Made by a program: the position numbers and the translations under genes. Shown here in pieces: positions 12,161 to 23,527 of a stretch of DNA of 64,000 nucleotides (its first letter is position 1; each line of letters starts with the position of its first letter). The DNA lies in the IMG/VR virus record IMGVR_UViG_3300025030_001854, positions 1 through 64,000 of that record. One strand, given 5' to 3'. Below the pieces are notes generated by a model. That model was not told where the DNA came from. It made no database searches and saw nothing but the letters and a program-made list of their open reading frames with translations. The DNA is from a virus.

Positions 12161-14362
12161 TTAAATAATAACCGTATCCTCTTCCTTAGCTATACAGATT
12201 TCGGCATCCTTGAATCTAACATACTTCTTTAGTTCCTCTTGCCATTCAGAAGAAACAAGATATATTCCTCCATAATGAGAGGCGACCAAGTGCAACAAAG
12301 AATACTTCTTAACAACATCAGAGACTAAAGACGAAATATCAAAAGTCGGAGCCATTGTCTTAAGCAAATTCTTGTCAAGAAACTCGATAATAACCAATAG
12401 ATGGTCCAATGTTTTTGATTTCATCGAATCTTGCAATCGCAAAGCCTTATCCCTCAACTCTTTCGCGTCTTTAGGAATATTATCCCCCATACAAACAAAG
12501 AACTGAATAAGATGGTCTATGGCCGAATAATTCCCTTTACATTCTTTGTAGTGTTTCTGGTTAATTAGATTTTGCAGAGCATCAGGATTATTCGAACAAT
12601 ATTCAGTAATCGCATTAAAGAAAAACGTGCTAAAAGACTTCATCTTAGTATTGTTTTGAACCTGACTAGCATTTTTAAGTCCAATAATCTCTGGGACAGG
12701 AATATTTAAATTAGAAAGCATTCTAATATATTCTTCCAAATGATATGGATGAGTCCAACCGCTACCGCTGATAGTATTATTGAAATCAAATCCACTAATG
12801 GCAACATATACCCCTTCTTCCGTAGTCGGGTCAATATCCTTAATTTTCCAAAAATCAGACCGCTTAGAAGAATGCCTTGACAGACCCTTGCCGTCCCAAT
12901 AAAAGACCTTCTTAAAATGCTTTTTATTAACGATAACCGGAGTAGGATTTCCAGAGTCGTCTGTTTTAAAATATTTTGACAACGGTTCTTTCTCTAGCGT
13001 CGAAAGCTTAATCATCGGACAATCCAAACCAGTGTCCGCAAGAAACTTTTTCTTATCTTCGTCATTACCAAAGTTAAGAACATAAACCTTTCCGTATTTT
13101 CCATCGTGCAAAAACCTAATAACTCGTTGAGCAATACCATTACAAATATGAGTATCATTCTCCACAACAAGATTTTGCTCGCTAGCCTTAATTTCTGAAG
13201 TGCTAGAGACATCCATCTTATTGTAACCGACTCGATAAGAACGACAAGCTACTTGCGATTCGCTTAGGCTTCTCCAGGAAAAGGTATCAGAGTTAATTTT
13301 CTTTCCTTGAAACGATACCAAACTACCAAAAAGAAAACGTAGGGAATAAAAATTACCACCGTAATCAAAGACATTCCTCCAAAGCTTGCGAGCCTCCCAT
13401 AGGGTTTTAATTCCCGCAAACATATTAGAAATATCGCCTGTAAGAGCGGCATGAATAGCATTTAACTTTTCATTAATGACCTTCTTGGTTCTTGGGGTAT
13501 ATTGTAAGCCTTCTCGATTAGCAGCAAATTCAATGTCGCCAATATTAAATTTAATAACCAAACCCCAATCCAAAATTTGGCGAGCGACATCAGTAATTTC
13601 CCCCTGAGCGAAAACGTTCTTATCAATCTTATAGGGAATATTGCCCATAACAGCAATAGATGGGCGTTGCTTGGCAAAAAACTTCCAATCCTCGCCAAAA
13701 AACATCGGTTTCTCTTTGCGAATAATAGTAATTTGATTGGTGACTTCTTCTACAACGCTAACAACGTTAGGAATAGAATCAGAATAAGCTAAAAAGTTAA
13801 CAGCTTTTTCGATAAACTTATGAATATCTTGACCCTTAATAGGAACAACAATCTCAATACCATTTGGTTCCTCGGTCGGAACCTGGGCCATTAAAGCAAT
13901 CTTTCCACGATTACTTGTGTCAAGATAAGCATTCCAAGAGAAAAGCGTTCCATCTTTAAAGGAATTAATGATAAAAGAATCATTATAGGCAAACGCGCTC
14001 TTACATCCAATACCAAGCATTCCCGTTTCGTCTTGAGTATTCCTCTTGGTAGATTCCCCATAAGAGACATAAACATCCTTGATTTCTTCCTCGGTCAAGC
14101 CGGGACCGAAATCTCGGATTTTAAGAAAACAATCAAGAACAGATGGAAGACTAATCCTAACGGGGGCAGTTTGACCAATCCTCTTATGAGCATCAACCGC
14201 GTTAGTATAATACTCTCGGATAACTGCCAAAATAGGGTCGGAATATAATTGGTTGCGAACAATATGAAACAAAACATGAAGATTCTTCAGCGAGGCCGAA
14301 AAATCATATTCAGTTGTGATGCCAGACTGTTCGTTGATAAGGTTTTGGGAAACGGGAATCAT
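12161..14362 (-). CDS. rIIA: rIIA-like protein with GHKL ATPase domain
   Basis: LYSDPILAVIREYYTNAVDAH, IRDFGPGL, STKR, GMLGIGCKSAFAY. Confidence 0.85.
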   Translation of the reverse strand: MIPVSQNLINEQSGITTEYDFSASLKNLHVLFHIVRNQLYSDPILAVIREYYTNAVDAHKRIGQTAPVRISLPSVLDCFLKIRDFGPGLTEEEIKDVYVSYGESTKRNTQDETGMLGIGCKSAFAYNDSFIINSFKDGTLFSWNAYLDTSNRGKIALMAQVPTEEPNGIEIVVPIKGQDIHKFIEKAVNFLAYSDSIPNVVSVVEEVTNQITIIRKEKPMFFGEDWKFFAKQRPSIAVMGNIPYKIDKNVFAQGEITDVARQILDWGLVIKFNIGDIEFAANREGLQYTPRTKKVINEKLNAIHAALTGDISNMFAGIKTLWEARKLWRNVFDYGGNFYSLRFLFGSLVSFQGKKINSDTFSWRSLSESQVACRSYRVGYNKMDVSSTSEIKASEQNLVVENDTHICNGIAQRVIRFLHDGKYGKVYVLNFGNDEDKKKFLADTGLDCPMIKLSTLEKEPLSKYFKTDDSGNPTPVIVNKKHFKKVFYWDGKGLSRHSSKRSDFWKIKDIDPTTEEGVYVAISGFDFNNTISGSGWTHPYHLEEYIRMLSNLNIPVPEIIGLKNASQVQNNTKMKSFSTFFFNAITEYCSNNPDALQNLINQKHYKECKGNYSAIDHLIQFFVCMGDNIPKDAKELRDKALRLQDSMKSKTLDHLLVIIEFLDKNLLKTMAPTFDISSLVSDVVKKYSLLHLVASHYGGIYLVSSEWQEELKKYVRFKDAEICIAKEEDTVII

Positions 14363-15409
14363 AGTCCATTGACAATATACGGAAGTTGATACTCTGTCAA
14401 GAGGCTAAAGAGCGGAGAGTTTTTTAATTATATTTCGAGAGCGAGTGATATACCATTTAATTTGTCTCCTTCTATTGACAAGACCCTTCCTAATTTTTGG
14501 GAAAAGAAGCATCCCAGATGAAGATAAATTAAACATCTCATTAAAATTTCTTAAATAATCTTGACAAGTATGAAGCCGTTCGGTTTGATAGACAATATTT
14601 GATTGAATTTCTTTTCGAGTCATAATCATTCCTTAGATGGGGGATTTTTCTTCTTTCGTTTATTTCGTGGTTTTTTATTAAAATTTTTTAATTCTTTAAT
14701 GAAAGCGTCTTTGTGTTCTGGATTTTCTTGTAAGAATTCATCTGCTTCTTTATTCATAATGAAGAACATTTCCATTGAATCATTATAAAGACCGCAATTC
14801 CCTAAAATAATATGTCCAAAAAGCATAACGTTCTTATTCGGGTCGCCGTTTAATGGAAAAGCAAACATTATCGGAGCTAACGATGGTTTTTCTTCCCCAT
14901 CGTCCATAGTTAGGGTAATATTATTATCAAGAGTCGGCTTTAACCCCTTAATATGTTCAACCACTTGGGACGCCGCCTCATAAAGCTGAATATCAATTGG
15001 AAATTGGGCGTTAAATTCGTCCATAGCGACGTTTGCCTGCCAATTCGGCGCTACGATTGTCCAAACAGGTAACTGGTCAGTAGTAGAATCAGTCATATTA
15101 TTTAAAATTATAAGTTACAGTAAATTTAATATCATGTAAAACAAAAAGAGCCACCGCCCATGTTGGCACCGTTCCTTGATAACATAATATACCCATCACG
15201 GTATAAAATACTATCTTAAACAAATCAATTTTTAGGTGTTTCATTTTATTTACCCTCGATTAATTCAACTTCTTCTAAGATAATTGTTGCGGCGTCTATT
15301 TGTAGGTCGTTTATCCCTCGCATTAAAATGTGACACACAACTTCGTCATCAGAAAAAACACTTTCTAATTGTCCATCAGAATCTAGAATAATAGTTATAT
15401 TTGTCATAA

Positions 15410-15706
15410 TTATCTAAGAGTTCCATCGTGTCGTAAAGTATAAGTCTTAGAGGTAAGACATGGGCGAGAACGTTTAACTCTTCCAAAATAATCTTCATTA
15501 TTAGAAATAGTATATTCTGACAAACCTTTACAGAGCTTTATTTTAATATTATTTGGTGGAGTTGATTTATATAGTTTTCTTAAGTAGTCTCTTCCTCCAT
15601 CAACGGCGATTTCTCCACACCGACACTTACGATAATCGTGACGAGAACAAGAAAAAATAACATCGTGGCAAATTGGACATTGGAGCCCCGTAATATGAAT
15701 TGGCAT
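15410..15706 (-). CDS. Zn-ribbon phage protein
   Basis: CxxC..SRHDY..CxCG..AVDGG motif. Confidence 0.55.
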   Translation of the reverse strand: MPIHITGLQCPICHDVIFSCSRHDYRKCRCGEIAVDGGRDYLRKLYKSTPPNNIKIKLCKGLSEYTISNNEDYFGRVKRSRPCLTSKTYTLRHDGTLR

Positions 15707-16236
15707 ATCTATTCAATACGACGTTTTTGGCTGAGAGTCAATCCTCTTCTTCTTCCAACGCCTCAGTATCGGACTCGGAATCGGTCTGTGCAAGGTCATA
15801 AAGAGCCTCTAGTGAGGCAATGGCGTCCTCCTTAGCTCTATCCGCCTCTGTCTCTAGCGACTTGTCCAAGAATGGATAATGAAGGTTTCGAATTTTATCA
15901 ATAAGTACTTCAACTTTTTTTTCTAATTGTTCAATAGTCATCATATTAAATAATAATTTATTTTACCGCTACTCCATGAGATTTTAATTTAAACGTTTGT
16001 TCTCTCATTCCACTCTTTACACCTTCTAATAGTCGGATATTAAAAATATCTAACAAAGAATTGGCAATACCCCTCGCCCGTTTATTTTGTATTTCAGACT
16101 GTAATATATCTAAAGTCTTAGGGTCGAACTTAACTAATATTTCTTTCATAACTGTATTTTCCATAACTTTTCTCTCATTTTAATAAATAAAGAAACTGCC
16201 TAAAAACGGCAGTTTCATTATTGAAACTTTTTACAC

Positions 16237-16677
16237 TTATTTTTGGTTTTGTGAATCTCCAGGTATTACTCGATAATTGTCCCAAGACCTATCGGTAGAA
16301 GAAAACTCAATAATAATTCCCGCTTTAATACATTTTAATTGATGCTGACAAAGAGGCGGGATATCAACAACATCGCCATTTTTTAACAATACTTCTAAAA
16401 TCTCAGCGTTTTCTGGATTAATATATCTCAAAAGAAATTCCCCTGAAAATTGATAGAATGTCTCCCACTTGACGCCGTGCGAGTGCATAGATGAAATAGC
16501 TCCATCTTTTTCATATACAAGTAGTTTGCCAGCATAACCAGTTGGGAAATTCTCGCCAGGGATAATAATCTTATTGATTATTTGGACTTCTTTACCCCAT
16601 CCTTTAGGAACGTCGCAAGCTCGAAAAATCCGAATTTCGCCTCGCGCTCCAGTTTTTAATGTTTTGTTGTTCGCCAT
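16237..16677 (-). CDS. Cupin-fold protein
   Basis: VPKGWGKE, SMHSH..K.ETF, HQL, IEFS cupin motifs. Confidence 0.7.
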   Translation of the reverse strand: MANNKTLKTGARGEIRIFRACDVPKGWGKEVQIINKIIIPGENFPTGYAGKLLVYEKDGAISSMHSHGVKWETFYQFSGEFLLRYINPENAEILEVLLKNGDVVDIPPLCQHQLKCIKAGIIIEFSSTDRSWDNYRVIPGDSQNQK

Positions 16678-17833
16678 AGCTTTTATTTATTTCATTATTA
16701 TTTATCCACCAAGTTGCTGCACCTTGAATTAAAGAAACCCATACAATATACCAAATAATTAAACTTATTCGTGGTTCGACTTTTATATAGTCTAATTTAC
16801 TCCAATCCTTTATTTTATAGTTTTTGACAACTTCTTCATAAAGAAAATTCATAAAATTAGTAGACAAACCATATTGTAGAACATGAGACTGGATATTCCT
16901 CTTAACTATTTCGCTGTCGGTCCATCCGAAAACATGAGCCCATGATGGATAATGTAAGTTAGTTCCGCCTAATGAGATTACTAAATCATTTTTCTTTCCT
17001 CCCACGAATTTTGCTTGTTGATACTGTCCAAGCATAGAATCGTCAGAATCAAAGCCAATGATAATTAAATTAACATATTTTTTAGGACCAAGCTTCGCAT
17101 TTAATACGTCCCATTTAAAACCATTGATATACTTCTTAGCAGTTCCCATAACCCTATCAGAAGCAAAATGGTTATTGTTATTTGGCCATTCGAATACCAT
17201 TATATTTGTCGGAACTTTAATAAAAGAAAAAACGCTTGGGGCGGCTTTAATTTTATTACTCCAACGGACAATTTTAGTTACTGGTTCAATCCATTGGGTT
17301 TTCCTCCATGACGTAACATAATCGTTTGGGTCGCCATCAATCATCTTACTGTTATGTTCTGAGGTTCGTCGTCGCCCAGCAACAGGAGTTTCATCTTCGA
17401 ATTTCCTTACGAATTCTTGATATTGAATTTGATTAATATTATATTGAGAGTCTATGTCTGAAAAAGAAACCCAATGTTCTGAATGCCAACGAGTTCTTGG
17501 AGCCCAATGGTCAAAAACACGTCTAGTATGATGAACGGTTCTACGCCCACCTTTCCCGTCAGATTCAGAAGTTGTATAATGTTCTGTTCGATAAATAGCT
17601 TCTTCGTAATATTCTCGCCATGCTGAATAATGAGTAGCATGAGTAATTTTGCCAGACCACGTTTCAATATCGGCGGTCATTCCTTTAATGGCATAAATAT
17701 GAAATGTTCCAGCCATTAAAAAAGCCAAAATCGAAACCCCAAGCCACTCTTGCCACGCCACCCTTTTATTTTTTGCCCAAAAAATGCCCCCGACAAGCAG
17801 GGGCACACAAGCAATGATATAAAAAATCATCAT
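16604..17833 (-). CDS. Membrane protein co-located with LemA-like gene
   Basis: Two N-terminal and one C-terminal TM segments, GGKKND motif. Confidence 0.6.
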   Translation of the reverse strand: MMIFYIIACVPLLVGGIFWAKNKRVAWQEWLGVSILAFLMAGTFHIYAIKGMTADIETWSGKITHATHYSAWREYYEEAIYRTEHYTTSESDGKGGRRTVHHTRRVFDHWAPRTRWHSEHWVSFSDIDSQYNINQIQYQEFVRKFEDETPVAGRRRTSEHNSKMIDGDPNDYVTSWRKTQWIEPVTKIVRWSNKIKAAPSVFSFIKVPTNIMVFEWPNNNNHFASDRVMGTAKKYINGFKWDVLNAKLGPKKYVNLIIIGFDSDDSMLGQYQQAKFVGGKKNDLVISLGGTNLHYPSWAHVFGWTDSEIVKRNIQSHVLQYGLSTNFMNFLYEEVVKNYKIKDWSKLDYIKVEPRISLIIWYIVWVSLIQGAATWWINNNEINKSYGEQQNIKNWSARRNSDFSSLRRS

Positions 17834-17845
17834 ATTGTTAGTAAT

Positions 17846-18391
17846 TTACTTAAGGTTAACGTTGTCGTCTTTTCCTGTCTTGAACACTTCTTCTGTTCGT
17901 GTTGATGTAATTACTTGCGGGTCAATATGTTTGAATCCAAAAACACCCAAAATTAGACCACGGGGCTGAGTCACTAACATATTATTATACTCCGAAGCAA
18001 TTCCCACAAGCTCCTTTTGTCGCATCGTCCAACTATCCCTTGAAGCCACAATGATATTCTGAGCTTTATCGTAAACTCCAAGGTCAAGATTCGGAGGGGC
18101 CGACTCCTGCAACCACAGCATCATCTTTCCAGCTTCCTTTGGCGTCCTAGCTTCCGCCCATGCAGTAAAGATTTCCTTAAATCCGTTTTTCTTGGAATCT
18201 GCAATTTGACACACTTGGGAAATCTTCTTCCACATGTTATCAAATTCACTAGAGTTATCCTTAACCTTCATTTCATACAGGTTTTTAAGAGACGCGGCTT
18301 GATTGTAAGTCGATAGAGTTCCTAAAGCAAGAACCAAGGATAGCGCCAACATTGAAACCCCAGACACAATAAGAATTGATAGTTTATTCAT
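17846..18391 (-). CDS. LemA-like membrane-anchored protein
   Basis: N-terminal TM, YN motif, helical body, YN....P.....FGF tail. Confidence 0.55.
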   Translation of the reverse strand: MNKLSILIVSGVSMLALSLVLALGTLSTYNQAASLKNLYEMKVKDNSSEFDNMWKKISQVCQIADSKKNGFKEIFTAWAEARTPKEAGKMMLWLQESAPPNLDLGVYDKAQNIIVASRDSWTMRQKELVGIASEYNNMLVTQPRGLILGVFGFKHIDPQVITSTRTEEVFKTGKDDNVNLK

Positions 18392-19694
18392 AGTTTTAAT
18401 TAAAATTTACCGATAGGCATATATTCAATAATAAAAGACATATCGTTATCGTCGGTAACCACTTCACCCAAATAATAAGCAAATCCATTAACCCCACACA
18501 ACATTTTTTCTGAATCTCCCTGAGTAACAAAATATAAACGAGTGTTATTAAAACGAACGACAGTTCCCAGGGGTAAAGAATCAAGAGTTTTTCGGTTCAT
18601 ATTATTTGGATTATTATTTAACCATTTTCACTAATTCCGCAATCGCCGCATATTCTGGATTGAAAAATCCAGTTATAATAGTATTAAAGTTTACTACTAA
18701 TATCATAATAGATATAACCATTCCTAACATAGACGCTAAATATCCAATATAAAAATTCTCTTTTGTATCGCTACTTACATATCTCCCATCTTCCGCTAGA
18801 TTTATTAAAATATTAATCTTTTTATTAAAATGTTTTAACAAAGAAAAACAAAAAATAAATAAAATCAAAGCTATAAACAAATATGTTGTTGCTTGAATAA
18901 CTTGCTGCCAAATAAAAATCGGCCAAAAATGGTCAACCGCCACCCCCGCCTTATCAGCAAGAGAAGAAAAAATAGATGTAATATTCGTTCCGATTTTATC
19001 GGAGGTAGATTGAAGAATCTGAAGTGTGTTTGTGTCCATAAAATTATGTTAAGCTGGGTTTGGAGCGGAGTCAATAGGATTTTGCGGTGTTTCTGGTTGC
19101 ATTTCTACAATAACCTCAACATCATTCACCAATTTATGAATAAGAGTAAGAGCATTATTTGCCCAATCCAATTCTTCTACTTGGTGAGATAGTGGAACGT
19201 TTAATAAAGTTTTACTATCGAGCCAATGGGTAAATGTCTGAAACCAAGGTGTTTGTATGGGATTAACAGATAAATCATGTCCCTGATTACATATTTGGGT
19301 CAGCATCGCCATTACTTGTCCCCGGTGAGCCTCATTATTTTGGAACATTACAGAAAATCTCATATTATTGATTCAAAAAAAGCCTGCCCGTATAATTTTC
19401 GACTAGTCGAAACAGACCCTTTATTTTTTTGTTGTGGTTTATCTTGAAAAGTAAGAGTATTTGTTCCTTGAAGATTAGGAATTTTTTTAATTTTTAATGA
19501 TTTAATGGAAAATGTAGGACTCCAATTAAAATGCCTAACTTGTAATCGGATATTTTTAATAACATCAGTCACGTCTCTAAAATCCGTAAAATAACCTCGT
19601 CTTTTATTATGTAGACAAAGAAGCCCATAAACAAAAGCAATATAACTTTTGGTCCCTTTAATATCCGCCTCAATATAAAACACTTTCATAAAGT

Positions 19695-19866
19695 TGGTGA
19701 TGGGGGCGGGAATTGAACCCACCCAGACCTTAGAAACCCAAGCAAATCAAATGGTCTGATTACAGATATCATTTAACCTCTTCATTTGCGACTTGAGCTA
19801 TCAATGGTCATTTCGCATAGCTATACGAAACGAACGGTTGATTCCGCCCTGGCAATCTGCCCCATC
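19695..19866 (-). ncRNA. 172-nt tRNA-like RNA with large insertion
   Basis: Acceptor GATGGGG/CCCCATC-A-CCA, T arm GTGGG TTCAATT CCCGC, about 100 nt structured insert in place of anticodon arm. Confidence 0.7.
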
Positions 19867-19881
19867 TTAAATTTTCTTAAA

Positions 19882-20427
19882 TTATTCTTTTTTATCAGTG
19901 CTACCAAATCTACCTTCTCCCCTAAGAGACGGAGGAAGAACCTCTACAACCTCAAATGTTATCGGTAAAGTCTGTCTGGCAACCATCTGACAAATTTGTT
20001 CTCCACGTTGATAAATATTTTCAGGACGAATAATCCCATAAGTTCTAATACCCCCCGCTTCCTGAATTGTAATAAAATCTTCTGGTTGAAAAAGATAACG
20101 AAAACGCAACATCAATTCTCCCCGATAAGGAGCATCAATAAGACCAATAGAATTCGCCAATGACAAACGATATTTCGAAAGACTCGAACGAGGAAAAAGT
20201 TCAATATGAGTATCTTTATCTAGCGGAGCGATAAATAGCCCCGTTCCATACTCAATATAAGTAACGTATTTCCAGAGCTTCATACCGTCAATTGCCCTTT
20301 CAATAAATTCTCCTTTAATATTTGGCTCTGTAGTCGCCGTAATATCATATCCAACATCTTCCCCATTATGTTCAGCACATTGCGTCGGTAAAATCAAATT
20401 TTTTGTTTTTTTAATCAGTAGATTCAT
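19882..20427 (-). CDS. dut: dUTPase
   Basis: GYDI, PRSSLSK, NSIGLIDAPYRGE, ICQ, RGEGRFGST motifs I-V. Confidence 0.9.
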   Translation of the reverse strand: MNLLIKKTKNLILPTQCAEHNGEDVGYDITATTEPNIKGEFIERAIDGMKLWKYVTYIEYGTGLFIAPLDKDTHIELFPRSSLSKYRLSLANSIGLIDAPYRGELMLRFRYLFQPEDFITIQEAGGIRTYGIIRPENIYQRGEQICQMVARQTLPITFEVVEVLPPSLRGEGRFGSTDKKE

Positions 20428-20806
20428 ATTTGTTTAAAAGTTCTGGATTTTCAAAAGTGTTACCTTTAACTATAACACTTTTTTGTCTTCCTAAATGCCA
20501 AAAACCAATAGGAGAATAATGATTAAATCTCACAATAAATTCCCCATAAGAAAAAATAACCTCTCCCATTAGTTTAAGCCCATAATGGTCAACGACCATT
20601 TCTACGATATCCCCTTCGTAAATTTCTTTTTTGTTATTGTCTAGTAAACCAGTAAATTGCGTGATTGTCAAGTCATTTAGTTCTTCCAATTTATATTGTT
20701 TTATTAAATCAAAAACCGTTACCTCACCAATGATATGAAACCCAATGAAAGACGGCGGGAAGATTTTTTTGACAGCATCCCAAGCTCGAAATTTAAGAAT
20801 TCTCAT
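20411..20806 (-). CDS. YopX family protein
   Basis: KFRAWD, QFTGLLD..KKEIYEGDIV, GNTFENPELL. Confidence 0.85.
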   Translation of the reverse strand: MRILKFRAWDAVKKIFPPSFIGFHIIGEVTVFDLIKQYKLEELNDLTITQFTGLLDNNKKEIYEGDIVEMVVDHYGLKLMGEVIFSYGEFIVRFNHYSPIGFWHLGRQKSVIVKGNTFENPELLNKYESTD

Positions 20807-20810
20807 AATA

Positions 20811-21590
20811 TTATATATCAAATTCTTGACCCTTGTCCACGAACCCGAGAAATCCATCTTCCGCGACAGTTCCAATTTTATCAGCATAATGATAAAGCCA
20901 CATTTTTTTCTTAATGTCTAAGTCTAAGGTCTTTAAATCATCATAATGAGCATGAACGTGAGACTTAAATCTCATAGTTTCACAATCATGAAAAATTATA
21001 TCTGCTTGATGATAAAATTCTCTTAATTGATATGGGGCGAATTGGGTATCAGTGGTGACAAACGCCTTTTTGCCATCGGGGTTTGTAATCATTAGCCCGA
21101 AACTATACCTGAACATATATCCAGACATTATATGAATGGTTTGGACTGGTCGAAACTTATAATATTCCCAAACAAATTCTCCATTCATTTGAACGGGAAG
21201 GCATTCAAAATAATCAGTTAAATTCATCAATCTTCCCTCTATTGTTTCCAAACCTCCTTTTAATGAAGCTTCCCACAATTCAGACATTAACTCTCGAATG
21301 GTAAACATTTTTATTTTAATAGAATTATTTAGTTCGTCTTTTTTTGGAACAAAATAATTCATTAACGCAAGCCATTCTAATCCTCCAATATGGTCCGCAT
21401 GAAGATGGCTTATCCACAAAGAATCTATATCATTATGTTGAATTTTAAGTTCGTCTCTAAGAATATATGGGGCGGTCGTCCCACAATCAATCAAAAACTT
21501 TCTCCCATTATCAGCCGTAAGTAACATATTAGAGTTACCTTTACTAATAGGTGCAAACGCGCCACCAACTCCTAAAAATTTGATTTTCAT
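20811..21590 (-). CDS. Metallo-beta-lactamase fold hydrolase (RNase Z or Apyc1-like)
   Basis: FLGVGGAF, LIDCG, SHLHADHIGG, TTDT, HAH, LYHY. Confidence 0.8.
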   Translation of the reverse strand: MKIKFLGVGGAFAPISKGNSNMLLTADNGRKFLIDCGTTAPYILRDELKIQHNDIDSLWISHLHADHIGGLEWLALMNYFVPKKDELNNSIKIKMFTIRELMSELWEASLKGGLETIEGRLMNLTDYFECLPVQMNGEFVWEYYKFRPVQTIHIMSGYMFRYSFGLMITNPDGKKAFVTTDTQFAPYQLREFYHQADIIFHDCETMRFKSHVHAHYDDLKTLDLDIKKKMWLYHYADKIGTVAEDGFLGFVDKGQEFDI

Positions 21591-21618
21591 AAATTTAATA
21601 TTCTAAATTTTATTTCTC

Positions 21619-22371
21619 TCATGCGAAAACCTCTCCCAAATTAACAGTAGTACTCTCTTTAATAACCTTAATGGTTTGGTCTATATAATAAAAGATTTCG
21701 GGTAATCTAAGATGATAATTGCGGTTTCCCATTGCCCGAATTTCTATTCTTGAGGTTGCGTTTCTAATGGGAGTAAGATTATTTAAATTAATCGCAACAG
21801 ATTTTTCCCCAAAAGCTGTAGATGAATTTCCACTAAAGAAATAATCAGTTGCACGTTCTTGAACATGCATATACCTATTACTTCTAATATATTCCCATAG
21901 TTTTAAAGCTGTCTTTTGCTTAAATTTAAAAGCCGCTGGAGATGAAGGTTTACAGTAATCATTTTTTTCCCTTTTGAATTTTTTGGCAATCTTCGCGAAT
22001 AACCTATGCCTAGCCAGAAAGAAAGGATTAATTTTTTTATAAACCTCATTAGACACTGGCGATAAATTAACATGAAAGCCCGTGGAGCTATTAGTATAGC
22101 CAAATTCCTTAACCAAAGACAACACTTTATCTAAAACCACACAGGCTTCAACGGCTTTTAGCGGAGGAGTCTTAATCTCTGCCGAAAAATCGCAACCATT
22201 TCTTGGACGAATTGAACCATCATCACTAAATATAATTCCAGAGCAAATTTTTAGTAACCGTCTTTTTAATACTAAAATAGTAATTTTCCTCTCTTTAAAA
22301 CAGGCTTCGACTTCAAAGCCCAAAAGGAAATCGTTTTGAAAAATAAATGGATATTGTTCTTTAGAGTTCAT
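21619..22371 (-). CDS. Putative amidoligase
   Basis: GFEVE, DGSI, AEIKTP, TNSSTGFHVN, RIEIR. Confidence 0.75.
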   Translation of the reverse strand: MNSKEQYPFIFQNDFLLGFEVEACFKERKITILVLKRRLLKICSGIIFSDDGSIRPRNGCDFSAEIKTPPLKAVEACVVLDKVLSLVKEFGYTNSSTGFHVNLSPVSNEVYKKINPFFLARHRLFAKIAKKFKREKNDYCKPSSPAAFKFKQKTALKLWEYIRSNRYMHVQERATDYFFSGNSSTAFGEKSVAINLNNLTPIRNATSRIEIRAMGNRNYHLRLPEIFYYIDQTIKVIKESTTVNLGEVFA

Positions 22372-22887
22372 AAATCTTTACGTTACATGGTCCTGTATTC
22401 TTTAATATACTCCAATATTCTTTGGCATTCCTCTTTAGTAGTAAAGGAAAAATGAAAAGTCTGCCCACCCACGTCATAAAAAACGATAAAATGAGAATCC
22501 CCCATCTCATAACTGTAATATCTTACAATATTAGCGAGATTTATTTGTTGGTTTTGTATGGTGATGAATTTCATAAAATTATAGCTTGTATCGAAGTCTT
22601 TTTAGCAACTTTTTCTTTAAAAGTCTTTTAGCGACACGATTAAGGCTAACAACTTGCCCTTCTAATAGGTCTACCACATTACAATAAACATCAAAAGCAA
22701 TTTTTTCTTCCCAATCTGGACATACCATAACATCTTCTGGGTCAACCATATCGTAAGAAATACCAGTAACCATATCTTCTATTGCTAATCGTCCATTTTG
22801 ATTAATGTCATATATACAATAAACCTCATCAGAATCACGATAAGCTACCTTTTGACCAACCTTGAATTTTTGAGTTTTAGTTTTCAT

Positions 22888-23346
22888 TTAAAAGTATCTG
22901 TTTATAGTATTAAGTAAAATTTGTTTAAGTTGCGGGGTAATTCTAAAATGGTCAGAGTTAAACTCTAACGATTTATGAATATTCCCATTTTTATTTCGTT
23001 TTGTCGCTGCCGCCCAATCAGCCAACATTTCAATAATGTCAACTAAATCCATATCATTAATTCCATTCGGCCAATGCTGTGGATGGTGACGATTTTTTGA
23101 ATAGTGATGGTCAATTGCTGGCCTAACTGACTCTAGCAAGGCTTTGTATTCAGGGGAAGCAAATTCTACTTCTTTCAGCCGATGTTATTGCTCCTGAAAG
23201 ACTTCTCGCTCTGGGCTTTGAAGCTTCGACGCATCATGAGTATCGCCACGGTCATATAAAAGATGAATAATTTTTAATATATTAGCCCGCACTGAGGCAA
23301 TATGGTCGTTTACTTCTTGTTCGTAAGTTTGTTCTGATTGTTGCAT
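22888..23346 (-). pseudogene. DUF5662-like HD protein interrupted by an in-frame TAA
   Basis: Frame from ATG 23346 gives HDASK, then TAA at 23185-23187, then continues to HHY..NRHHP.H..DLVDIIEMLADW. Confidence 0.65.
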
Positions 23347-23527
23347 ATTTAAAAAGTATAATGTTTTTCTATTTTATAAGAATAATAAGGGGCATAAGCA
23401 GCAAATTTTTTGTAAGCTTCTAGTTCGTTTTTGATAAATTGTCTAGCTTCGTGTTGAGAATCAAAAGAGCTTAATTCGTTCCATTTATCGTATTTGCCCC
23501 CATAAACAACGTATCTAGTTTTCATAT

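Noticed and set aside
19695-19866. tmRNA
   Set aside because: No G3:U70 pair, too short, and no tag reading frame ending in Ala-Ala
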